Source: Candidatus Melainabacteria bacterium 17Bon1m (GTDB lineage: Bacteria; Cyanobacteriota; Vampirovibrionia; Obscuribacterales; Obscuribacteraceae). From it: a stretch of 64,000 nt of DNA. Below the pieces are notes generated by a model. The model was not told the origin of the DNA. It made no database searches and saw only the letters and a program-made list of their open reading frames with translations. Position numbers and translations under genes: made by a program. This document shows, one piece after another, positions 50,996 to 59,758 of the stretch. The DNA lies in assembly GCA_032128875.1 (NCBI GenBank), contig JAVLKG010000007.1:32001-96000 (forward strand), in the 5' to 3' direction. Every line of letters starts with the position of its first letter. Position 1 is the first letter of the stretch.

Positions 50996-52318
50996 TTACG
51001 CGGGCTCTTGCGCCTGAGAAGAAGCCTGCGGCTGTTTCCACCTGCGCATGATGTACAGAGTTCCAGCAATTACAAGAATGAGATTCTGCAGCAGAACAGG
51101 AAATGTCCGAATCTGTGTTCCAAAAATCGACAAATTGAAAGTGATGAAACTGACAAGCGGATACAACAACATTGTCATGCACCAAACCCTATAGGCCGGG
51201 TCTTTCTCTTTCATAACGAGCGCTGGGCTGACGGAAGGAATTGTCAAAATTGCAGCGACAGCCAGCAAAAGACAATCGTGAATATGCAGATGCGGTCCCA
51301 AGAAGAGCGCAATCGCAATGGTCACTGCCATTACCCAGTTGTGCAGCTCCGGCATTTTTGCAGACTTAACCCACAGCCAGGCGCTGAGAATAAGCCCCAC
51401 TATCATGCTGACTGTTCCGAACGTTAAGACAAGTTGGGTGGTCGGCAGATGAAGTATGTCGTACATCACGAGCGCTCTAATGTTCACCTGCTCCTCCGGG
51501 GAAATCCCTGTGAAATGCGGAGAAAGATAGACCTGCGAAACGTAGTGCACATAGTCGGGCACGCTATGCATGCCATATCTAAACAGGCTCCAGGCAAATA
51601 ATGCCGAAGCAATTGGTATTGCCGTGGCAAAAACTTTCCACTGCCGCAAAACCAAAATGGGAATCACGAGAAAGAGCGCGTAGTGAGGCTTTGTAATGCC
51701 TATCAAACCGAGCAACACACCCGTGAGCAATTGCCTTTTCTCGAAAAAACTCCAACAATAAAGCGACACAAGCGACAGACCAAAAAAAGAATATTGTCCC
51801 GATCTGAAGGCCATGAGCGCAGGAGTATTGGCGATCAAAGCGACCATAACTGCCAAACGATCGATTTTGCTAAAACGCTTTTGCGCCCAAATAAGCGCTG
51901 CTGAGCCGAGCAAGCCCAAAATCATCGAAGAGAATATCCAGACAGAATAGGCATTACCGAGCGAGAGCAAGCTCAACGGCGCGATAAGAAGATAAAACGT
52001 CGGAGGATAGGGAACCGAAAATGCGATGTCGGTATGCGCTGGAGCGACAATCTGATTGAGTACCGCAAGCTGCGAAGTGAGGCTGTACAAGTCTCCGCCT
52101 GCAAAACCCAACTTCGCTGCTTCGTAATAGCCAACGAAGTCGGACAATCGAAGCGACCCTTCCCCTTTCATAATCAGATCAGGTGGCGAGGTGGCGAAAA
52201 AGAAAAGAACATTGCCGGCCCACGCAAGGATCATCGAGAAATAAGCAAATTGAATTTTGGACGGTTGAAAATCGTTTTTCTTCCCGCTGGGCTTCCCCTC
52301 AGCAGTATCAACTTGCAT
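50996..52318 (-). CDS. GT87/DUF2029-like polytopic glycosyltransferase
   Basis: SDF..YY.AA, YPP, GQ, KPH, HIHD motifs; many TMs. Confidence 0.85.
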   Translation of the reverse strand: MQVDTAEGKPSGKKNDFQPSKIQFAYFSMILAWAGNVLFFFATSPPDLIMKGEGSLRLSDFVGYYEAAKLGFAGGDLYSLTSQLAVLNQIVAPAHTDIAFSVPYPPTFYLLIAPLSLLSLGNAYSVWIFSSMILGLLGSAALIWAQKRFSKIDRLAVMVALIANTPALMAFRSGQYSFFGLSLVSLYCWSFFEKRQLLTGVLLGLIGITKPHYALFLVIPILVLRQWKVFATAIPIASALFAWSLFRYGMHSVPDYVHYVSQVYLSPHFTGISPEEQVNIRALVMYDILHLPTTQLVLTFGTVSMIVGLILSAWLWVKSAKMPELHNWVMAVTIAIALFLGPHLHIHDCLLLAVAAILTIPSVSPALVMKEKDPAYRVWCMTMLLYPLVSFITFNLSIFGTQIRTFPVLLQNLILVIAGTLYIMRRWKQPQASSQAQEPA

Positions 52319-52445
52319 TCTGCGCAGTTCCTCGCTCCATGTGAAAGGCTGCTCTTTCCCCTGCCACCGTTAATGATGGCACAATTTCGAAAAGACAGAT
52401 AATCAATGCGCTGTTTTAGCTAGGTACATATTACTGAAACCCAGT

Positions 52446-52451
52446 TATAAT
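52446..52451 (+). promoter_or_regulatory. Candidate -10 element for 52515..53231
   Basis: TATAAT 64 nt upstream of the ATG in a divergent intergenic region; no clear -35. Confidence 0.35.
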
Positions 52452-52514
52452 GCTGCGTGGCAAGCCCTACGCTCGTATATCGTACAGCTATCAAAGAATA
52501 GCCAAGGAGTAGCA

Positions 52515-53231
52515 ATGCAGATTCACCCACTCGTCCCTATGCGCAAGGCTGCTGATCTTTTGGGTGTTGAGAAAGACCAGCTCAAAGCAAAATTAGTCTC
52601 TGGAGAAATCAGAGGAGAGCAAAGACGAGTCGGCTCCAAGGACAAATGGTTTGTGTACGCAGGCGAAGTCAGCAATCGCATTGATACCGAACGCCTGCCC
52701 GAACTGATGAGACGCACTGACGGACAGTTAGCTCTGGAAGTCGAGACTGTGCTGGAGCCCGATCCAGCGACATTAGAGAACCTAGACACTTTCTTCGAAG
52801 AAGCACGGGAAGAATTGGCTACCCAAGCAGTGCAAAACATCGAAGTGACGCAGGCATCTGCGATGACAAATTCCGATGCCGCTGCAATCACGAACGAAGT
52901 CAAAGCAGGTTTGCCTGCAACTACCGAGTACAATCACATTTTTGAGTCTCTGACAGTCGTCTTCGCGCAGCGCCTTTCCGACGAATATCAGAAGGTTTTG
53001 ACAGCAGAACAAAAGGCAAAAACCGCCGAAACCCGCGTCAAAGCCGCAGAGCAAAGAGCCAAAGCATACGAAGAAAACATCAAGCGCCTTGAAGTTCAAA
53101 GAGACGAAGCGCAGTATTTGGTGGATGAAAGAAACTCAGCAATCGCCGAGATGGAAGCTCAAGTACGGGAATTGCAGCAGCAATTGACGGCGAAAAAACC
53201 GACTTTCTGGCAGAAATTCTTCGGAGTCTAG
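52515..53231 (+). CDS. HTH - coiled coil protein with C-terminal amphipathic helix
   Basis: MRKAADLLGV...GEIRG (MerR/excisionase-like HTH), heptad region, ends KKPTFWQKFFGV; AAGGAG RBS. Confidence 0.8.
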   Translation: MQIHPLVPMRKAADLLGVEKDQLKAKLVSGEIRGEQRRVGSKDKWFVYAGEVSNRIDTERLPELMRRTDGQLALEVETVLEPDPATLENLDTFFEEAREELATQAVQNIEVTQASAMTNSDAAAITNEVKAGLPATTEYNHIFESLTVVFAQRLSDEYQKVLTAEQKAKTAETRVKAAEQRAKAYEENIKRLEVQRDEAQYLVDERNSAIAEMEAQVRELQQQLTAKKPTFWQKFFGV

Positions 53232-53767
53232 CCGAGGACGAAGGCGAGATTCAGAGCCGGCACGAAGATGACGGCGATCACGACCTCCCCCACCGACGGA
53301 ACAGGCGCAAACCAACTACCGACCATCGTAGCACCAGCAAGAAAAAAACAAATGGAAGCGCCCGCTAAAATGCACAGGCTGGACGCTGCCATTTGTTCCA
53401 ATAGGGTGCTGAAATGTCTTTTCCCGCCATTTGGAGTTACCCAAAGCCTGCCAAAAGTGAACGCGCGGTCCAATTCAATTGTCGGAGTTTGCTTGCCGCA
53501 ATCGGAATTGGAACTATGGGTCAGGGTTTTGGGAATTCTCCAAGGGGTCGGGAAAAGATGCTTTTAGCATAGGCGTCGCGAGTTCAGAAATCTGCAGAAA
53601 ACCGCTGCAAATACAGAGAATCAACGATTGTGACTGACGCAAATCTGGCGTTCTTAACGCAAAATGCACTGCAACAGTGTTTCACGACAAGCTATCGCAC
53701 ACTACAAACCGCAGCATTAGCGTTCTTTACGCACTGCGATATGACTGTCTTTTCTATTCATCAAAGA

Positions 53768-54146
53768 GTGAAGTAACGCATAAGCCGGGTTCTGTGTTCG
53801 ACTGTCATCTCTCTGGGAATGTGGTCTCCCACACCCTCTAGCGGCATCGGCAACTTGGGGTGACGGGCCGCCACTTTCCCAAGCTATACCTTCGCCTTGC
53901 ACCTTCAGCGGGGTTTACCTAGCCAAGGCCTCTCGACCTTGCTGGTGCGCTCTTACCGCACCGTTGCACCCTTACCAGATCAGCGATCTTCACTTTCGCT
54001 CAGACCACTCACGAACTGGCGGTCATCATTTCTGTGGCACTATCCTCACGCTCACGCGCACTGGGAATTACCCAGCAACCAGCCCTGCGGTGCCCGGACT
54101 TTCCTCACTTCACCTTGCGGTGAAGCGCGACAGTCTGCGCTACTTC
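53768..54146 (-). ncRNA. rnpB: RNase P RNA, bacterial type A
   Basis: Minus strand carries GAGGAAAGTCCGGGC, AGTGCCACAGAAA, GGTGCAACGGTGCGGTAAGAGCGCACC, GGTAAACCCC and ACAGAACCCGGCTTA; P1 is GAAGTAGCGC/GCGTTACTTC. Confidence 0.98.
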
Positions 54147-54153
54147 AAGAGCC

Positions 54154-54159
54154 ATTATA
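54154..54159 (-). promoter_or_regulatory. -10 element of rnpB
   Basis: TATAAT on the minus strand 7 nt upstream of the P1 5' end. Confidence 0.6.
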
Positions 54160-54168
54160 TGGCATTTT

Positions 54169-54248
54169 GTAAGAGCGGCGCATGCGCCGCCCTGGCAGGG
54201 AGCCGCATGCCGCTCCCCTACGAACGTTGCCGATGCGGCTCCCTTACG
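54169..54248. repeat. REP-like palindrome cluster upstream of rnpB
   Basis: GTAAGAGCGGCGCATGCGCCGCCC, minus-strand GTAGGGGAGCGGCATGCGGCTCCC and GTAAGGGAGCCGCATCGGC. Confidence 0.65.
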
Positions 54249-54921
54249 ACCATTGCGGGCAACAAAAGTGACAAGTGTCTGAACTCGCCGATGCGCCTCG
54301 CTAGCTGTAAGCGATGTGGTCTGCAGCCTCGAAATTGGTTCACGCAATAGGACTTGGCTCGCAAGGGCGCGTTTGGTTCGCGAGGGTGCGATCAGAAACG
54401 CCTTGTGTGACTCGCGGGAATGGTTTCGGGTGAAAATCCCCTTGTTGCGAATCGAGCGAAGCTCGACCAATGTTAAGGGTTTGGCGCCAGTTCGGCCAGG
54501 ATTTCGAACCAAACCTAGCGCAACCTAGCGCTTCAGAAGATGCCACCTGTGGGGGTTTCCCGTCCGCCCATAATTCAATACTAGTGAGAGCCAAAGCCCG
54601 CTCAAAGGGGCAAAAGCCTTTGTACTGCTCCTGTTTATAGATTCAAGACCGTTATTTTCCCGGAAAAATGCCGTTCTTCCGCTAGCTCGGTAACCGAAAC
54701 ATTTGGTTGCTTTTCCCCTTGGCGACCTTCTAGGGTCGACTTATCCACCTTTTAATCCTTTCTGCACAGAGAAGATTCAGTCCCTTAAACCCCTTGCGAT
54801 TCCTCCTTCTTCGAACTTAGACGTCCCGCGCGGGATGTCGGAAGGAGTATTTGCATTGGAATGGGGGGTGGTTCAGTCATGCCCACTGGAACGGGCTTCA
54901 AAAATATCCGTAAGGAGAAGT

Positions 54922-56469
54922 ATGAAAAACATGAATGACACAACCTCTAACGTGTCCGTTCTCGCGAACGGCACCAACTCCAACGTCGACAGCAGCGCTA
55001 GCCAGCCGCTGTCTTTCGAAGCCCTGCTCGCCGCCTATGACGTTCCGCGCCCGGTCGCGTACGGTCAGGTCGTGAAGGGCACCATCCTTCCTGTCGGTGA
55101 CAACGCGCACTTCTACGTGGCCATCGGCCAGAAGTCGGACGCGCTGCTGCCCAAGAAGGACGCTGGCGAACTCAAGGCCGGTGACGAAGCCGAGTTCCTC
55201 GTGGTCTCCGACGGCGAAGACGACGAGTTCACCATGCTCTCGTTCACTCGCCTCCAGCACCAGCGCGAAGTCGAAGGAGCCTGGTCCGCGCTCCTGCAGC
55301 TCGTTGCCTCTGGCGATGTCACGGAAGTGACCGTCATCGGCGTCGAGAAGCGCAAGGACGATGACCGCATCTCCGGCGTGAAGGCTTCCTTCCGTGGGCT
55401 GCTCAAGGGCTTCATTCCGCTGTCGCTCGTCCAGGGCTCGGTGGATAGTCTCATCGGGTCGTCCATCCCGGTCAAGGTGCTCAAGGCGGAAGACAAAGGC
55501 CGCTTCAGCAACATCCTCTTCAGCAACAAGGCTGCCAACGAAGCTCTCGTCGGCAACGCCATCGCCGACCTCTCGGAAGGCACGGTGGTGACGGGCACGG
55601 TCACGAAGATCATGCTCGAGAAGAAGGATGCGCGCAACGAAGGCGCTCCGCGTCGCGAAACCGGTGTGCTGGTTGAGTTCCAGCCCGGCGTCAGTGGTTT
55701 CGTGCACAAGAGCAACATCAGCGACTCGCGTGGCGTCAAGCCCAGCGATGTGCTGAAGCTCGGGCAGGTCGTGCAGGTGAAGATCATCAGCATCGACACC
55801 GAGTCGCAGCGCATCTCGCTGAGTTACAAGGATGTGGAAGCCAACCGCGAGGCGATTGCCGCGCAGCAGGCTGACGCCATCCGCAACCAGCTCGGCTCGC
55901 TGACCGCCGGCGACAAGCTGACCGGTCGCGTGAAGCGCGTGCTGCTCGAGCGCGAAACCAACCCGTCCGCCGAGAAGCGCGAGCTCGGTGCGATCGTGGT
56001 GCTGCCCAACGGCACCGAGGCGTTCTTGCACCGCAACGAGTGCTCCGACAGCCGCCTGGTCTCCATCTCTCACCTGATGAAGGTGGGCGACGAGATCCTC
56101 GTCGAGGTGAAGTTCGTCGACCTGGAAGCCGGTCGCGTTCAGCTCAGCTACAAGAAAGTGGCGGAGAACAAGGAGCGCGTGCAGTCCGTGTCGGACGAGC
56201 TGAAGAGCTCGTTCCGCTCCGGTCTCAAGGTCGGTGACCGCCGCAACGGCACCGTGGCTCGCGTCGTGCCCTTCGGTGTGTTCGTCCGCATCGGCGGCGG
56301 CATCGAAGCGCTGCTCCACGTCAGCGAAATCACCAGCGACCGCTCCCGCCAGGAAGCGGAACTCGCTGCGTTCAAGACGGGCACTCCGTTGGACGTGGTG
56401 ATCTCGAAGACCGAGGAGGACAAGGGTCACACGAAGGTGTGGGTCTCCCTCGCGCCGGAACAGGCCTAA
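54922..56469 (+). CDS. Ribosomal protein S1-like protein with five S1 domains (divergent)
   Basis: FEALL N-terminal helix, GQVVKGTI..IGQKSDA.LP, GFIPLS, GFVHKSNIS, AFLHRNECS, PFGVFV..ALLHVSEI; AAGGAG RBS. Confidence 0.9.
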   Translation: MKNMNDTTSNVSVLANGTNSNVDSSASQPLSFEALLAAYDVPRPVAYGQVVKGTILPVGDNAHFYVAIGQKSDALLPKKDAGELKAGDEAEFLVVSDGEDDEFTMLSFTRLQHQREVEGAWSALLQLVASGDVTEVTVIGVEKRKDDDRISGVKASFRGLLKGFIPLSLVQGSVDSLIGSSIPVKVLKAEDKGRFSNILFSNKAANEALVGNAIADLSEGTVVTGTVTKIMLEKKDARNEGAPRRETGVLVEFQPGVSGFVHKSNISDSRGVKPSDVLKLGQVVQVKIISIDTESQRISLSYKDVEANREAIAAQQADAIRNQLGSLTAGDKLTGRVKRVLLERETNPSAEKRELGAIVVLPNGTEAFLHRNECSDSRLVSISHLMKVGDEILVEVKFVDLEAGRVQLSYKKVAENKERVQSVSDELKSSFRSGLKVGDRRNGTVARVVPFGVFVRIGGGIEALLHVSEITSDRSRQEAELAAFKTGTPLDVVISKTEEDKGHTKVWVSLAPEQA

Positions 56470-56518
56470 CCGCCTGGGAATTCTCCTCTGCTGCTGAGAA
56501 GCATCAGGGCTGAGTTCC

Positions 56519-56561
56519 GGGAGTGGGATTGGAGGCTTCGGCCTCCTTTCCTTCTCCTTTT
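56519..56561 (+). terminator. Hairpin/terminator after the S1-like gene
   Basis: GGAGGC-TTCG-GCCTCC (56531-56546) followed by a pyrimidine tract. Confidence 0.65.
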
Positions 56562-57006
56562 GTCCGGCTTTCTACTACACGAGAACGTAGGCCAATGTGT
56601 TCGCGCCAGTGATGGCAAGCACAAAACAGCTCCGTCCAGGTACAGCGAAAAACTCGAGAATTTCGCTGCATATGGGCGCGCTCGTTTATGCCTGTGAGGA
56701 CCCGCCTGTTTTAGCCGCGCCACCCTGACAACCGGATTCGTTACACCGCTAGTCTTGAAAGTCCCATATCTGGCGCCCTAAGTTTCTAATCCCTATTCTC
56801 TTTTCTTGATTCAGGAATCAAATCTTTCAGCCTCAATAATTGCTTGCCCAAAGCACTCTCACGCCCGTTTCTTTAGCGCTCCTGATGCGCGCGGCGTGCA
56901 ACTGCTTGTGGACTAAGAGGCACTGTCGGCTCCCTGGCTCGGTTTGCGGACAACAATCCAGCGAACTGAAGAACAGGCGCTGAGCCAATGACTACGGAAC
57001 ACTGAC

Positions 57007-57720
57007 ATGAAAACCATGACCGAAGTTGGAATCATGGGCGGTACGTTCAACCCAATGCACATTCGTGAATTGGCTGTTGCGCAGTTTGCCCTCGAACAGC
57101 ATGGTCTCGCCAAGGTGATTTTCGTTCCCAATGGCACGCCTCCGCACAAGAAAGTCGACGTCTTGGACCGCGAAAGCAGGTTTGAGATGGTCAAAGCGGG
57201 CGTCCGGGACAATCCCCTTTTCGAGGCTTCTCGTATCGAAATCGACCGCCCCGGAATCACCTGGACGATCGACACTCTCAAGCGGTTGAAAGAACAGCTC
57301 GGCGACAACGTCCGGCTCAATTTCATCTGCGGCGAAGACGTCATAGACAACCTGGTTCGCTATGACCGGCGCGCAGAGTTTCTCGGACTGGTGAGGCTTC
57401 TCATCTCTCCCCGCGCCAGTGAAGACGCTCAGAAGGCGCTGATCACCTGGCGTGCAACATTGCCAGAGGCGCAGATCGAGCTGATTGACTGCCCACCCAG
57501 CGGCATCAGCAGCACGCTCGTGCGCAAATGGATCCGCGCCGGCAAGTCAATCCGCTACGTGGTGCCTGCCGGAGTCGCTGAAATCCTCGAGCGCAAGGGA
57601 CACTACAAGAGCGAGATTCCTGCCGAAACCACAGCAGAAGCCGCGTTCGGAGGTCGTCAGTTTCACATCACTACTCTCAGGGTCAGCGGTCGCAGGCGAC
57701 CGTTGGCGCAAAAGAAGTAG
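57007..57720 (+). CDS. NadD-like nucleotidyltransferase with altered HxGH motif
   Basis: GIMGGTFNPMH, VP..PPHK, E..R.G..WTIDTL, ISSTLVR, V...I...Y; HIRE in place of HxGH. Confidence 0.85.
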   Translation: MKTMTEVGIMGGTFNPMHIRELAVAQFALEQHGLAKVIFVPNGTPPHKKVDVLDRESRFEMVKAGVRDNPLFEASRIEIDRPGITWTIDTLKRLKEQLGDNVRLNFICGEDVIDNLVRYDRRAEFLGLVRLLISPRASEDAQKALITWRATLPEAQIELIDCPPSGISSTLVRKWIRAGKSIRYVVPAGVAEILERKGHYKSEIPAETTAEAAFGGRQFHITTLRVSGRRRPLAQKK

Positions 57721-57929
57721 GCGGAACCACGGCTCGATAAAACACCAGCTGCGAAGCAGATACTTAGTTGACTCGTCTTGAATGGCTTCCACAGCCTTTC
57801 TCCGACGAGTCAACTTTTTCGCCGGCTTATACTAAAGTTTATAATAAATCAGAGCATCGCAGCAGATTTTCGGTACCACATACGGTGCCGCAATGATGCC
57901 AGCGAATCGCAACTGGATTCAAATATCGA

Positions 57930-58985
57930 TCAAGAGTCTTCAGCCGAAATTTCGTCCACGAGCTTTTTGATGCCGACTATCGAAGTTTCATCGCAGTCTA
58001 TCTCTTCAACCTGTCGCAGGCATTTGTAAGACTCCTCATAGTTTCCATCAAGAGCTTCCGCTCTCGACATATGCAGCCAGGCGTTTACGTAATACGGGTT
58101 TATGTCGATTGCCTTGCGCAGAATCTTCTTTGCTTTACCTACATCACCCAGCTGAATAAAGAGACAGCCAAGATTTCCATAAGGCCATTCAAAGTCGGGA
58201 TACTCTGCAATCAAGGCTTCGAATGTCTCTCTGGCGCCATTCTCGTCGCCACTGCAGAATTGATTGAAGCCATGAATATTCGTCTGCTCTGCGACAAGTG
58301 GGACTGGATGGCGCGGAATTTTGGTTCTTAAATAGGACGCAGCCAGCTTGCCGGACTCGCCATCCGGTTCGATTTCTATTGCAAAAGCGAGTGCATCGCG
58401 GGCTTGTTCGGTCCATCCTATTTCTTTGTACTTCAATCCCAACTCGTAATACTCGGCAGCAGTCAAACCTTCCGGAACATCAAGCGGCGGCGGATCGGAG
58501 TTTTTCAATTCCGTCATTGATTCCAAAAGCTTGTTCAAATACTGGTCTACTTCGCTCTCAGCCACTCCCAGAGCGATCAACTGTTTCCTTATCTCCGCCT
58601 CGGCGTCTCCGTCAGAATCTAAACCCGCTGTAGATTGGAGCGGCCCAGCGTCATAATCAGCATCATCGGTCGCTGCCTTACGCCAGAGCTTTAACAAATT
58701 GAGGCTGAACTTCAGACTCTCGGTCATGGCGCCATCATTATCAGCTTCTTTGCCCTTCTCAGGATCTTCAGCAGAAGCCAGCGCACGCCTCATTTCACTG
58801 GACCGAGTCAAGGCTTCGACAGCCTGCTTCTGGCAGCCCATGAGCATATACAATGCGCCAAGCCGTTTATAGCCCTTAGACGTCAATCCTTCTGGCACTT
58901 CTCTGGGAGGCAGCGGCATGTTTTTACTCGGTGGATTCCAAAGCGACAAACCCAATATCAGGCAAACCAGCTCGCTCCTAAACAT
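57930..58985 (-). CDS. Tetratricopeptide repeat protein
   Basis: Several TPR-like units (PYGNLG..AKKILRKAIDINPYY); repeated VPEGLT motif. Confidence 0.85.
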   Translation of the reverse strand: MFRSELVCLILGLSLWNPPSKNMPLPPREVPEGLTSKGYKRLGALYMLMGCQKQAVEALTRSSEMRRALASAEDPEKGKEADNDGAMTESLKFSLNLLKLWRKAATDDADYDAGPLQSTAGLDSDGDAEAEIRKQLIALGVAESEVDQYLNKLLESMTELKNSDPPPLDVPEGLTAAEYYELGLKYKEIGWTEQARDALAFAIEIEPDGESGKLAASYLRTKIPRHPVPLVAEQTNIHGFNQFCSGDENGARETFEALIAEYPDFEWPYGNLGCLFIQLGDVGKAKKILRKAIDINPYYVNAWLHMSRAEALDGNYEESYKCLRQVEEIDCDETSIVGIKKLVDEISAEDS

Positions 58986-59165
58986 GAAAGATTAAGCGAC
59001 TGAATCTGCTCGCACAGATCACATTTACCCAGTTCGCCTTTCTATAACTATGCAATTTAAGGACATTACCAAAAGTTCTGAAAGAAACATTCAAAATACA
59101 AAAATGGCACCGCATTCGGTGCCACAAACAGTTTCAATCCAAGCGAATCTAAAAGAGAAAAACGC

Positions 59166-59516
59166 CTAGAAAATGGTCATTTCAAAACCGTACGCCAGAG
59201 CAGCGTTGTAATCTTCCTCGCTAAAACCATCGCAACTTTTCGCCAGCTCATCGACGAAAACCCGCTCTTTATCAGGAAGTTCGAACTCAGCGCCTGGAGG
59301 ATTTTCAGTCGTCCACTGGAAAACAAGCTTGCAAGCTTTGTCGAATAGGGCTTCCACCCGGGTGTAAGCAGACACATATTGTGGATCAGAATAGCCAGGA
59401 ATCCTTTCCTTCAATTTAGGCAACAGATTCTTATCCAGACGGCTCTTTTCGCTGAAAAGCTCAACAGCTCCCTGCAGGAGAAGTTTTTCGTCTGCGTCTG
59501 TTTCCGTTTGCTTCAT
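59166..59516 (-). CDS. Hypothetical protein
   Basis: 116-aa ORF with protein-like composition; a PG/DG(Y/F)S...Y..A unit occurs twice. Confidence 0.6.
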   Translation of the reverse strand: MKQTETDADEKLLLQGAVELFSEKSRLDKNLLPKLKERIPGYSDPQYVSAYTRVEALFDKACKLVFQWTTENPPGAEFELPDKERVFVDELAKSCDGFSEEDYNAALAYGFEMTIF

Positions 59517-59758
59517 TACAAGATCTCTGTCCGTCTAGGCAGGAAATCGAGGGCTATTTACCCTCACATCCGACAAGCTTTTATGAGGATCATCTTCCCC
59601 AGAAAGGTATCGATTTATCCCATTAGCGCCTTGCTGAACACAAACTATCACAGTCTAGCCGCGAGCGCCTACCTCGATTTCGAAATTCTCGCAGAAAAGA
59701 GTACCTGTTGAAATCGGCTGCCCCATCACTTATGACACGTTTTAGTAGAAGCAGGTGG

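Noticed and set aside
53228-53473. Small hydrophobic minus-strand ORF
   Set aside because: Could be a 2-TM peptide, but no convincing start or RBS; left uncalled.
53717-54594. ORFs overlapping rnpB and adjacent repeats
   Set aside because: Explained by the RNase P RNA and REP elements.
54898-56430. 510-aa antisense ORF over the S1-like gene
   Set aside because: Mirror frame of the real gene; no independent support.
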